Position numbers and translations under genes: made by a program
Notes under the pieces: generated by a model
Databases searched by the model: none
What the model saw: only the letters and a program-made list of their open reading frames with translations
Told to the model about the DNA's origin: nothing
Origin: a virus
Taxonomy: Duplodnaviria; Caudoviricetes
Strand: one strand, 5' to 3'
Length of the DNA stretch: 57,719 bases
IMG/VR virus record: IMGVR_UViG_3300030389_002117
Location: 1-57,719 of that record
Shown here: piece after piece, positions 27,257-36,184 of the stretch
How positions within the stretch are numbered: the stretch's first letter is position 1
Layout: each line of letters opens with the position of its first letter

Positions 27257-27603
27257 TAATGTTACCCTAATGTTACCCTAATGTTACCTTTTATTTTAGT
27301 GTAAGTCATTGAAAATAAAAGAATGTTACTTTGTTACCTTTTTATCGGATAGGAGAGAGTTTTAAAAAAGCGGTGGTTGTGGTGGTGGAAAAGGTAACAA
27401 AACCCTAACAAACTAAAATGTTTCTTTATAATTTTTAAAAAGGTAACATTATAAAAAATATAGTAAAAATAATAAAATTCTTATGCTTATAAATAACTAT
27501 ATACAACTATATACAACTAGGTACAACCAAAATCAAATGTTACCTTTTGCCTGAAAAAAAGGTAACATTAGGGTAACATTAGGGTAACATTAGGGTAACA
27601 TTA
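27257..27603. repeat. Inverted arrays of 11-bp iterons around an AT-rich core (candidate replication origin)
   Basis: (TAATGTTACCC)x3 at 27257-27289 and (GGGTAACATTA)x3-4 at 27560-27603. Further half-sites, an AT-rich core and AACTATATAC 10-mers at about 27495-27527 lie between them. Confidence 0.7.
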
Positions 27604-27612
27604 TAAAACTAC

Positions 27613-27816
27613 GTCATAACGTGTTATCACAAGATTATCATGTCATAACGTGTTGTCACAAGATTACTTGGTTACTCAACGGTGTAACATGTTACACAGA
27701 AGCTCAACGCAGACCAAAAAACTGGTTTCGATTAAACGGGTAACATGTTACACAGATACTCAAAGCACAATGCGGAAGTAAAAGACTTGTTTAATCAAAC
27801 GGGTAACGTGTTACAC
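27613..27816. repeat. 25-bp direct repeat pair plus three further GTAACnnGTTAC palindromes
   Basis: GTCATAACGTGTT(A/G)TCACAAGATTA at 27613 and 27642. Palindromes at 27682-27697, 27738-27753 and 27801-27816. Confidence 0.8.
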
Positions 27817-27896
27817 TGTGAGTAGCTAAGTAACATCAAGGCATATTATCTGAGGCACAACGCAGAACATACAACTGGCATCATAAAAAATTTTTA

Positions 27897-27920
27897 GAGG
27901 TGACTCCTTAGAGCCACCCC
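27897..27920 (-). terminator. Stem-loop downstream of 27931-28518
   Basis: GGGGTGGCTC-TAAG-GAGTCACCTC (10 bp with G-U pairs), but the U-tract is offset by 6 nt. Confidence 0.5.
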
Positions 27921-27930
27921 TTGTTTTTTG

Positions 27931-28518
27931 TTAAGACATATCTTTTATCTGTTTGATTATATCTTGTAGTGTTTTGATAACTTTTGAATAATCAGCATTG
28001 TTATCACTTTCTTTAGTAGCCCTTGTTTTTGCTTTAGTTAGAAGATTGAGCAAATATTCACTGGCTGGTTTATTTGCACCTTTTTTAGTCTTTCTTTCTA
28101 CACCTTGTACAATCATTAAAGCGTTTCTTATTCTAGTAAAGTAACTAGTGTAACTTCTAACTTCCTTTACTTTATCGATGCCTGCTGGGTATACTTTAGC
28201 AATAGCTTTGTTTCTTTTAGCCGGGTCAGATATTGTATTAAATATTTGACACAAAGATACTTTAACCTCTTCTGGTGTATGACCTTTAAATAACTTAGGG
28301 AATTTACTAGCTTGTATTCCAATCCTATGTAAATGTACCGCTTTAGTCATAGCATTAGTTGCTTCCTTATTAACACTATCAGCGGGTTTTACTGCCATAT
28401 CATGTGTAAAACCTGCCTCAAAAAGCGCTTGGGCATTATCCAAAACTTGCGAGTCCGCTTTATCAAATGTTTTTAAAAGCTTATTTGCGTTAGTAGTTAT
28501 TTTTTCAAGATTTAACAT
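27931..28518 (-). CDS. Hypothetical protein, first gene of the early arm
   Basis: 195 aa, basic and helical, AAGGA SD, with its own candidate promoter and terminator. Confidence 0.75.
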   Translation of the reverse strand: MLNLEKITTNANKLLKTFDKADSQVLDNAQALFEAGFTHDMAVKPADSVNKEATNAMTKAVHLHRIGIQASKFPKLFKGHTPEEVKVSLCQIFNTISDPAKRNKAIAKVYPAGIDKVKEVRSYTSYFTRIRNALMIVQGVERKTKKGANKPASEYLLNLLTKAKTRATKESDNNADYSKVIKTLQDIIKQIKDMS

Positions 28519-28575
28519 ATTTTTTCCTTTATGTTTAAGTTTGTTTACACAAATCGTTATTGATTTGATGAATTA

Positions 28576-28604
28576 TTTATGGCATATCTATTTACATTTG
28601 TCAA
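28576..28604 (-). promoter_or_regulatory. Possible sigma70 promoter
   Basis: TTGACA (28604-28599), 17 bp, TGn-CATAAA (imperfect -10). Confidence 0.4.
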
Positions 28605-28647
28605 GTACCTAATAATACTTTATGATACTTTATGATACTATAGGCAC

Positions 28648-28781
28648 GGGGGGTGTACCCCCCTTTGTGTGTGTAGCTGTGTGCTATATGTATATATATT
28701 ATTTTCCATAAATAAATTCAGTTTTCTTCAGTTTAGACCCCCCACCCCCCTATATATAGAAACACCCCCCTTTGGAGTCCC
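28648..28781. other. G/C homopolymer tract cluster at the divergence point (candidate genome-end/packaging region)
   Basis: GGGGGG-TGTA-CCCCCC (28648-28663) and CCCCCCACCCCCC-TATATATAG-AAACACCCCCC within AT-rich non-coding DNA just upstream of terS. Confidence 0.4.
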
Positions 28782-28788
28782 AAACTAC

Positions 28789-28818
28789 TTTACAAAATAT
28801 TTTTTTGTGCTATATAAT
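28789..28818 (+). promoter_or_regulatory. Sigma70-type promoter for the packaging/virion arm
   Basis: TTTACA, 18 bp, TATAAT. Confidence 0.6.
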
Positions 28819-28911
28819 GGTTTTGCGTGGTCGCACATAACGGATTCCCAATAATGTACTCATACTTGTCCTGCGGCTACGCCCCAACCGGTTTAGAACC
28901 TGCGAGTTTAT

Positions 28912-29505
28912 ATGACGATGATAGTAGAGCCCGAACTGGGCGTACCGATGAAAAAAGAAAAGGCACCGATTGATTTTAAAGATCGGGTCGAGTCGGCTGC
29001 AAATACAGCGAGTGAGCTCGAAGAACATGGGCTTGATCTTGAACCGTCTAAAGAAGATAAAGATATTGCAGCTAAACTTGTGACCTCCTATGCAGAAAAC
29101 TCTGAAAAAACATCAAATAAAGTAACAGATAAGAAGATTGCGACTCTTACACCGGCTTCTTTGAGGCTCACAGATAGTATTTTAAAAGAATTTGGACGCT
29201 CTGTTGTCGAAAGTTCGGTGCAAATACGTCATTTGGTGACCAACAAACTTCTTTTAGAAACTGATAACCCTGATCCACGGGTAAGAATCCGTGCTTTGGA
29301 GCTTTTAGGAAAGATTTCTGACGTCGGATTGTTCACAGATAAGTCAGAAGTTACTATAACACATCAATCTACAGCCGATTTACGTGAAAAACTTCGTTCG
29401 AAGTTGTCAAAACTTGTTAATCCGCCAGAAGAAGCGGTAATTTTGGACGGAGAACCCGTAAATGTGGACGAAGAACTCGGATTAAACGAGGAAAAAGATG
29501 AATAA
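28912..29505 (+). CDS. terS: Terminase small subunit (putative)
   Basis: Directly upstream of and overlapping terL. RIRALELLGK..DVGLFT helical motif. Confidence 0.65.
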   Translation: MTMIVEPELGVPMKKEKAPIDFKDRVESAANTASELEEHGLDLEPSKEDKDIAAKLVTSYAENSEKTSNKVTDKKIATLTPASLRLTDSILKEFGRSVVESSVQIRHLVTNKLLLETDNPDPRVRIRALELLGKISDVGLFTDKSEVTITHQSTADLREKLRSKLSKLVNPPEEAVILDGEPVNVDEELGLNEEKDE

Positions 29506-31051
29506 ACCCGTTTTAGACTTCACGGAGGAGGAAATACAGCTGATGTTGGACAATTTAGACCAATATACTCCTGAAGAAGTTGCAGAAATTGACAGAATGG
29601 TCGATGAATTGGCTATTCGCAATAAAAATCAGGCATCTTACGACGATTTAATTGCTTTTTGTAGAGCGATGCAGCCTGATTACATCGTAGGTAAGCATCA
29701 TCGCATGCTGGCAGATATGCTCATGGGGATTGAAAGAGGAGAAAAGGACCGTATTTGCGTGAATATTCCTCCTCGACATGGCAAATCTCAGCTTGTTTCG
29801 ATTATGTTTCCTGCATGGTTTCTTGGACGAAACCCAACAAAAAAGGTTATGATGGTGTCCCATACGACTGATCTTGCAGTCGATTTTGGGCGTAAAGTTC
29901 GTAACTTAATAGCCACAGAGGCTTATGAGGCAATCTTTCCAACCGTTAAATTAGCAGTAGACTCAAAATCAGCAGGACGGTGGAATACAAATACAGGAGG
30001 TGAATATTATGCGTGTGGTATTGGTTCTTCTATTGCTGGGCGGGGGGCTGATCTCTTGCTCGTCGACGACCCACACTCTGAACAAGACGTCATTAATGGA
30101 AACTTTGAAGTGTTCGAAAAAGCTTACGACTGGTTCACTTTCGGGGCTCGTACCCGTCTTATGCCAGGAGGTAGCGTTGCCATAATCCAAACCCGTTGGC
30201 ACATGGACGACTTGACAGGACGTGTTGTAAAAGACATGTCACAGAATGATCGGTCTGATCAGTATGAAGTTGTAGAGTTTCCAGCGATTATAGACACAGT
30301 AGATAAAGAAACAGGACTATCTGTTCAAAAACCTTTATGGGCTGAGTTTTTTGACCTGGAAGCTCTACTACGTACAAAAGCATCTATGCCGGTGTTTCAG
30401 TGGAATGCTCAGTATCAACAAGAGCCAACCGCTGAAGAAGCAGCTTTGGTTAAACGAGAGTGGTGGCAAAGATGGAAGAAAGAAAACCCACCCCTTTGCG
30501 AATATATTATCATGTCTTTGGATGCTGCAGCTGAAACGCACAACCGGGCAGACTACACTGCTTTGACGACTTGGGGCGTTTTTTTGAACGAAGAGGTAGA
30601 CAACTACAATATTATTCTGTTAAATAGTATAAAGAAGCGGTTAGAGTTTCCTGAGCTTAAACAAACAGCGATGGATCAGTACAGTGAATGGGAGCCCGAC
30701 TCGTTTATCGTAGAAAAGAAAAGTGCAGGTACAGCCCTGTACCAAGAAATGAGGAGAATGGGAATCCCTGTATCAGAGTTTACTCCACACAGAGGTTCTG
30801 GAGATAAGATGGCAAGACTTAATTCTGTGACAGATATCGTAGCATCAGGGCTTGTATGGATACCTGAAACACGTTGGGCAGAAGAAGTCGTAGAAGAAAT
30901 AGCAGGATTCCCGTTTATGAGTAATGATGACCTCGTAGACGCAACCGTCATGGCTCTTATGCGATTTAGGCAGGGCGGCTTTATAAGACTACCAAACGAT
31001 GAACCAGACGAGGTTCAATATTTTAAACGTAGAAAAAATGGATTTTACTAA
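29498..31051 (+). CDS. terL: Terminase large subunit
   Basis: Walker A PPRHGKS, Walker B LLLVDD, QTRWH, and RNase H-like SLD..DYTA..DDLVDA. Confidence 0.95.
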   Translation: MNKPVLDFTEEEIQLMLDNLDQYTPEEVAEIDRMVDELAIRNKNQASYDDLIAFCRAMQPDYIVGKHHRMLADMLMGIERGEKDRICVNIPPRHGKSQLVSIMFPAWFLGRNPTKKVMMVSHTTDLAVDFGRKVRNLIATEAYEAIFPTVKLAVDSKSAGRWNTNTGGEYYACGIGSSIAGRGADLLLVDDPHSEQDVINGNFEVFEKAYDWFTFGARTRLMPGGSVAIIQTRWHMDDLTGRVVKDMSQNDRSDQYEVVEFPAIIDTVDKETGLSVQKPLWAEFFDLEALLRTKASMPVFQWNAQYQQEPTAEEAALVKREWWQRWKKENPPLCEYIIMSLDAAAETHNRADYTALTTWGVFLNEEVDNYNIILLNSIKKRLEFPELKQTAMDQYSEWEPDSFIVEKKSAGTALYQEMRRMGIPVSEFTPHRGSGDKMARLNSVTDIVASGLVWIPETRWAEEVVEEIAGFPFMSNDDLVDATVMALMRFRQGGFIRLPNDEPDEVQYFKRRKNGFY

Positions 31052-33435
31052 TGGCAGTTGAAAAAGGGTTATACCAAGCACCAGAAGGTTTATCAGAAGC
31101 ATCTGTTTCTGAATTAGAAGTTGAAATCGTTAATCCTGAAAGTGTTACACTTGATGATGGCAGTATGGAAATTACTCTCGTACCTGAACCCGAAGGGAAA
31201 ACAACAGGTAACTTTGATGAGAATATTGCTGAAATTATTGATGAGTCTGTTCTTGGTACTCTTGCCGATGATATTTTAGCAGCTGTTGACTCTGATACAT
31301 ACAGTCGGAAAGACTGGGCGGATACATTCGTTAAGGGACTCGATGTGTTGGGTTTTAGATACGAAGAACGCACAGAACCCTGGGAGGGAGCTTGTGGAGT
31401 TTATTCTACAGTGCTTGCTGAAGCAGCAATCCGGTTCCAAGCAGAAACCATGAGCGAAACATTTCCGTCAGCTGGACCGGTTAAAACTAAGATATTAGGT
31501 GAAGACACAAGGGAGAAAGAAGAATCAGCAAAACGTGTACAAGCAGACATGAATTATCAGCTGACAGAGAACATGGTTGAGTATAGACCAGAACATGAAA
31601 GACTGCTTTACAGCCTAGGACTCGCCGGGTCAGCATTTAAAAAAGTATATTACGACCCAAACATGGGACGACAGATGGCAGTATTTATTCCTGCCGAAGA
31701 TGTAATTGTGCCTTACGGGGCTTCGCATGTTGAGACAGCCGAGCGGGTTACTCATGTCATGCGTAAAACAAAGAACGAACTAAAGAAATTACAGGCTAAC
31801 GGGTTTTACCGTGATGTTGAACTTGGAGAGCCTGAAGCTTATCACAGTGACATTGAGAAAAGAAAAGCAGAAGAAGGTGGGTACTCTCTTACAAGTGATG
31901 ACCGCTATAGTATATACGAAGTACATGCTGATCTTGTTATTGAAGGAGTTGATGATTCCGACGAAGGAATCGCTAAACCCTACGTGGTGACTATTGAACG
32001 TGGGTCATACGAAGTTTTAGCCATCCGTAGAAACTGGAACGCTGATGATGAGTTGATGTTGAAACGACAGCATTTCGTGCACTACGTCTATGTGCCGGGA
32101 TTTGGTTTCTATGGGCTTGGGCTTATTCACATTATTGGGGGGTATGCGAGAGCCGGGACATCTCTTATCCGTCAACTCGTAGACGCAGGAACTTTGGCAA
32201 ACTTGCCTGGAGGTCTAAAAGCTCGTGGGTTACGTATCAAAGGAGATGACACACCCATAGAACCAGGATCATTTAGAGATGTTGATGTACCGTCAGGCAG
32301 TATTAAAGATAACATTATGACTTTGCCTTATAAAGAGCCAAGTCAAACACTCTTACAACTTCTCGATAGAATAACAAAAGAGGGGCGAAGACTTGGAGCA
32401 ATCAGCGATATAAACGTCTCCGATATGTCTGCAAACGCCCCCGTAGGAACAACACTTGCTTTATTAGAGCGAACACTTAAACCCATGGCGGCGGTACAGG
32501 CTCGTGTTCACTATGCGATGAAGCAAGAGTTTAAATTATTAAAGACTTTGATGGCTGAGTATGCACCGATGAATTATTCTTACTCTCCCATCAGAGGCGA
32601 GGTAGATGCACGTCGGTCGGATTACATGACCACCGATGTCATTCCTGTGTCAGACCCTAATAGTTCTACTATGGCACAGAGAGTGGTGCAGTATCAGGCA
32701 GTTCTCCAGATGTCCCAGACTGCACCACAGATATATGACCTGCCACAATTACATAGGCAGATGGTAGAGGTATTAGGTGTGAAGAATGCAGAAAAACTAA
32801 TACCACTAAAAGAAGATATGCGTCCGCAAGACCCGATAAGCGAGAACATGGCAGCTTTGAGAGCCAAGCCAATGAGAGCGTTTATATATCAAGATCACGA
32901 GTCACATATTGCAACGCACATGTCTTTTATACAAGATCCGATGGTTATGCAGATGATAGGGCAAAACCCACAAGCCAAACAAATTATAGCGTCTTTACAG
33001 GCACATATAGCTGAACATCTAGGGTTTAAATATCGTAAAGATATTGAAGAACGTTTGGGTGTTGAGCTCCCAGCACCAGAGTCTGAATTACCTGAAGAGA
33101 TTGAAGTTAATCTTTCAAGCCTCGTAGCAAAAGCTGCAAGAGAACTTACACAATCAAATAAAAAACAAGCGGCTCAACAAGAGGCAATGAAAAAAGCACA
33201 AGACCCTGTTGTTCAAATGCAGCAAGCTGAATTGCAGATAAAGAAAGCAGAAGTAGATCGTAAAGCTCAAAAAGATAAAACAGATGCTTTACTTGATTTG
33301 GAAAAGTTGAAGTTAGATAAAGCTGAGTTAGAAATTAAAACACAGCGAGATAATGTAAAACTAGCAGCTGAAAAGAGACAAGCAGATAATAAATTAGATT
33401 TAGATGTGTTTAAAACAACGACAGGTAAAAAATAA
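31051..33435 (+). CDS. Portal protein
   Basis: 794 aa directly after terL, GSAFKKVYYD, GFYGLG, and a long C-terminal Gln/Lys coiled coil (P22-like barrel). Confidence 0.85.
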   Translation: MAVEKGLYQAPEGLSEASVSELEVEIVNPESVTLDDGSMEITLVPEPEGKTTGNFDENIAEIIDESVLGTLADDILAAVDSDTYSRKDWADTFVKGLDVLGFRYEERTEPWEGACGVYSTVLAEAAIRFQAETMSETFPSAGPVKTKILGEDTREKEESAKRVQADMNYQLTENMVEYRPEHERLLYSLGLAGSAFKKVYYDPNMGRQMAVFIPAEDVIVPYGASHVETAERVTHVMRKTKNELKKLQANGFYRDVELGEPEAYHSDIEKRKAEEGGYSLTSDDRYSIYEVHADLVIEGVDDSDEGIAKPYVVTIERGSYEVLAIRRNWNADDELMLKRQHFVHYVYVPGFGFYGLGLIHIIGGYARAGTSLIRQLVDAGTLANLPGGLKARGLRIKGDDTPIEPGSFRDVDVPSGSIKDNIMTLPYKEPSQTLLQLLDRITKEGRRLGAISDINVSDMSANAPVGTTLALLERTLKPMAAVQARVHYAMKQEFKLLKTLMAEYAPMNYSYSPIRGEVDARRSDYMTTDVIPVSDPNSSTMAQRVVQYQAVLQMSQTAPQIYDLPQLHRQMVEVLGVKNAEKLIPLKEDMRPQDPISENMAALRAKPMRAFIYQDHESHIATHMSFIQDPMVMQMIGQNPQAKQIIASLQAHIAEHLGFKYRKDIEERLGVELPAPESELPEEIEVNLSSLVAKAARELTQSNKKQAAQQEAMKKAQDPVVQMQQAELQIKKAEVDRKAQKDKTDALLDLEKLKLDKAELEIKTQRDNVKLAAEKRQADNKLDLDVFKTTTGKK

Positions 33436-33632
33436 TGGCTAAAACCGTCTTTGACGTGCTAAAAGAAAAAATCGAAGCTGACAAAGCTTCTGCAACAGAT
33501 TTTCTTGCTGGAGGGGGAGCAAAAGACTTTCCGCAGTATAGAGAAACGGCTGGCTTGATCCGAGGTCTTGAAGCTAGCTTGTCACACATAGAAGACCTTT
33601 CGCAAAATTATTTGAGAGAAGATGATGACTAA
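33435..33632 (+). CDS. Hypothetical protein
   Basis: 65 aa, TAATG-coupled to the portal gene. Confidence 0.7.
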   Translation: MAKTVFDVLKEKIEADKASATDFLAGGGAKDFPQYRETAGLIRGLEASLSHIEDLSQNYLREDDD

Positions 33633-33999
33633 AATAGAAAAATTAACTGACCAAGAACTTGAAGTACAATTACCCAAACCTGTGGGGTATAGAGTGCTTG
33701 TTGCATTACCACAAATCGAAGAAAACTACGAAAATACTAGCGTGTTGAAAACGGCAAAGGAAATGCAGAACGAACATATTATGTCAATTATTGGACTTGT
33801 TGTCGATATGGGCGACCAAGCGTATGTTGACAAAGAACGATTTGGCGATACACCTTGGTGTAAAGCAGGTGATTACGTGATGTTTCGTGCAAATACGGGC
33901 ACACGTTTTAAAATTGACGGTGTTGAGTATCGTTTGATGAACGATGATTCAATCGAAGCAGTTGTAGCAGACCCTCGTGGCGTAACGAGAGCAATTTAA
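33622..33999 (+). CDS. groES: Co-chaperonin GroES-like protein
   Basis: PVGYRVLV, GLVVDMG, WCKAGDYVMF, G.E.RLMNDDSIEAVV. Confidence 0.8.
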   Translation: MMTKIEKLTDQELEVQLPKPVGYRVLVALPQIEENYENTSVLKTAKEMQNEHIMSIIGLVVDMGDQAYVDKERFGDTPWCKAGDYVMFRANTGTRFKIDGVEYRLMNDDSIEAVVADPRGVTRAI

Positions 34000-34009
34000 G
34001 GATTAAAAT

Positions 34010-35071
34010 ATGACATTTCAAAAAGTTGAGTATACTTTTCCTGATGAAAAGAAAGAATTAGATACAAATATAGACGTAGAAAAATCAAGTGCATTAGAAG
34101 TCGATATTTCCGGGGATAAAAATGGTGCTAAAAATATTGAAGAAAAAGTTGAAGCCAAAGCAACTACCCCTGTTAATGGAAGTACATCTGATAAAAGTGA
34201 TATTGAAATTGAGGTATATGATGATACACCAGAAGCTGACAGAAATAGGAAACCTTCTAAACCGCCTGAAGACATCACTGATGAAGAACTTGAAGATTAT
34301 TCTGAAAAAGTTCGAAAGCGAATCCAACACTTCAGCAAAGGTTACCACGACGAAAGAAGAGCCAAAGAAGCGGCGTTCCGTGAAAAAACGGAACTCGAAA
34401 ACTTCTCAAAAAAGCTCGTCGAAGAAAACAAAAAATTAAAATCTGACGTTAGTAAAAATCAAGAAGCTTTGCTTGAACAAGCAAAGAAAACAGTGGCAGC
34501 TGAACTTGCTCAAGCTAAAAAGGTATATAAAGAAGCCTATGAAGCAGGAGATTCGGAAGCAATCATAGCCGCTCAAGAAAGTTTAACAAATGCTAACATT
34601 AAGACAGATAAGTTAAATGATTTTAAAATATCTCCTTTACAGGAACAAGAAACTACTGTAGAAGAGAATAAAGAGGTTCCTGCTACTCAACCACCTAAGG
34701 TGGACCCAAAAGCAGCAGCATGGGCTCAAAAGAATACTTGGTTCGGGCAAGATGACGAAATGACAAGTCTTGCGATGGGCATACATAATAAGCTAGCAAA
34801 TCAAGGAATTGATTTGCAAAGCGATGAATACTACGAGAAAATAGATACTCGTATGCGTCAAGTTTTTCCAGACTATTTTGGAGAAGCTGAAGAATCAGAG
34901 GCTGAAAAGCCAAAAAGACAAGCTAATGTGGTTGCACCAGCGACTCGGAGCACAGCTCCAAAAAAAATACGGTTGACCAAAACTCAGTTAGCTTTAGCGA
35001 AGAGATTAGGAGTAACACCCGAACAATACGCCAGACAGGTTGCAATAGACATGGGGAAAGAAAATGGCTGA
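34010..35071 (+). CDS. Putative scaffolding protein
   Basis: Acidic N-terminus, coiled coil, W...N.WFG, and C-terminal LT..Q..LA.RLGV..E.YA. Lies upstream of the capsid genes. Confidence 0.7.
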   Translation: MTFQKVEYTFPDEKKELDTNIDVEKSSALEVDISGDKNGAKNIEEKVEAKATTPVNGSTSDKSDIEIEVYDDTPEADRNRKPSKPPEDITDEELEDYSEKVRKRIQHFSKGYHDERRAKEAAFREKTELENFSKKLVEENKKLKSDVSKNQEALLEQAKKTVAAELAQAKKVYKEAYEAGDSEAIIAAQESLTNANIKTDKLNDFKISPLQEQETTVEENKEVPATQPPKVDPKAAAWAQKNTWFGQDDEMTSLAMGIHNKLANQGIDLQSDEYYEKIDTRMRQVFPDYFGEAEESEAEKPKRQANVVAPATRSTAPKKIRLTKTQLALAKRLGVTPEQYARQVAIDMGKENG

Positions 35072-35513
35072 AAATAGAATAAATAGAGAACTTGAAACTC
35101 GTGAAAAAAATGTGCGAAAGCGTGCTTGGCAACGTCCTGAAGTTTTACCTTCACCAAATCCGGAGCCAGGATACACATACCGTTGGATACGAACAAGTAA
35201 TCAAGGTCTAGTTGATGCTACGAATGTTTCCTCAAAATTACGTGAAGGTTGGGAACCTGTAAAAGCAAGCGACCACCCAGAAATAAGTCTTGTTACCATA
35301 GAGAATGAACGCTTTAAGGATAACATCGTTATTGGTGGTTTAATGTTGTGTAAGGCTCCTGTTGAGTTAGTCAATGAACGTTCTGAATATTATAAAACTC
35401 AGTCCGAGAATCAGATGAACTCAGTTGATAACAACCTCATGCGAGAAAACGATCCTAGAATGCCGTTATTTAATGATCGGAAGTCTAAGGTCACTTTTGG
35501 AAAAGGTAATTAA
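35064..35513 (+). CDS. Hypothetical head-module protein
   Basis: 149 aa between scaffold and capsid genes, YRWIR and EGWEPV motifs. Confidence 0.7.
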   Translation: MAENRINRELETREKNVRKRAWQRPEVLPSPNPEPGYTYRWIRTSNQGLVDATNVSSKLREGWEPVKASDHPEISLVTIENERFKDNIVIGGLMLCKAPVELVNERSEYYKTQSENQMNSVDNNLMRENDPRMPLFNDRKSKVTFGKGN

Positions 35514-35536
35514 TATAGATCAAAGGAGAACTGGAT

Positions 35537-36172
35537 ATGGCTTATCCAAATTTAGACGCCCCTTATGGGCTCGTTCCCGTTGGCTTGATTGGTGGTCGTA
35601 CTTTTACAGGTGCTACTCGACAAATGAAAATAGCTAGTAACTACGGCACAGCTATTGGAAAAGGCGATTTAGTAAAGCGTGTAAATGACGGGACTATCGA
35701 GCGTGACGGAAGTACATCTGCTCTTCCCGCTACTGGCACATTAGGTGTCTTTATGGGATGCCGATATACTGATCCGAACACTAACCAACTAACATTTAAC
35801 AACCAGTATCCTGGAAGTATTGTAGCTAGTGACATTCATGCGTTTGTCGCTGATGACCCTGATTTAATAATGAAGGTAGCTATATGCTCATCAGGCACAA
35901 CAATGGCAACATTGGGAAGAACTGCGATTGGTAATAAAACAGCTATTATTAGTAACACGTTAAATACTACTAATGGCACATCGAAGTTAGCTGCTAATAA
36001 TAGTGTAGCCACAACTTCAACATTACCACTTCAGGTTATTGATGTAGTTGATAGTACAGCGACTGGAAGTGATACCTTCCAAGAACTGTTAGTTATATTT
36101 AGTACGCATACTGATAACGGTAGTAACGTGTTCATCGGCGGACATGCTTACCGTAACCCAGTTGGCATATAA
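35537..36172 (+). CDS. Putative capsid decoration/cement protein
   Basis: AAGGAG SD, beta-rich, I.KGD.V and GVF.GC.Y..DDP motifs. Directly upstream of the MCP. Confidence 0.6.
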   Translation: MAYPNLDAPYGLVPVGLIGGRTFTGATRQMKIASNYGTAIGKGDLVKRVNDGTIERDGSTSALPATGTLGVFMGCRYTDPNTNQLTFNNQYPGSIVASDIHAFVADDPDLIMKVAICSSGTTMATLGRTAIGNKTAIISNTLNTTNGTSKLAANNSVATTSTLPLQVIDVVDSTATGSDTFQELLVIFSTHTDNGSNVFIGGHAYRNPVGI

Positions 36173-36184
36173 AGGAGATAAATA

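Noticed and set aside
27080-27880. CRISPR array (palindromic repeats, with a Cas4-like nuclease elsewhere)
   Set aside because: Repeats are 11-18 bp, irregularly spaced, partly tandem or inverted, with no uniform spacers. The nuclease is the usual stand-alone phage replication-module type.
35952-36133. GTAAC(A/G)(C/T)GTT partial palindromes in late genes (also at about 13590 and 51778)
   Set aside because: Incomplete arms inside coding sequence, compatible with chance.
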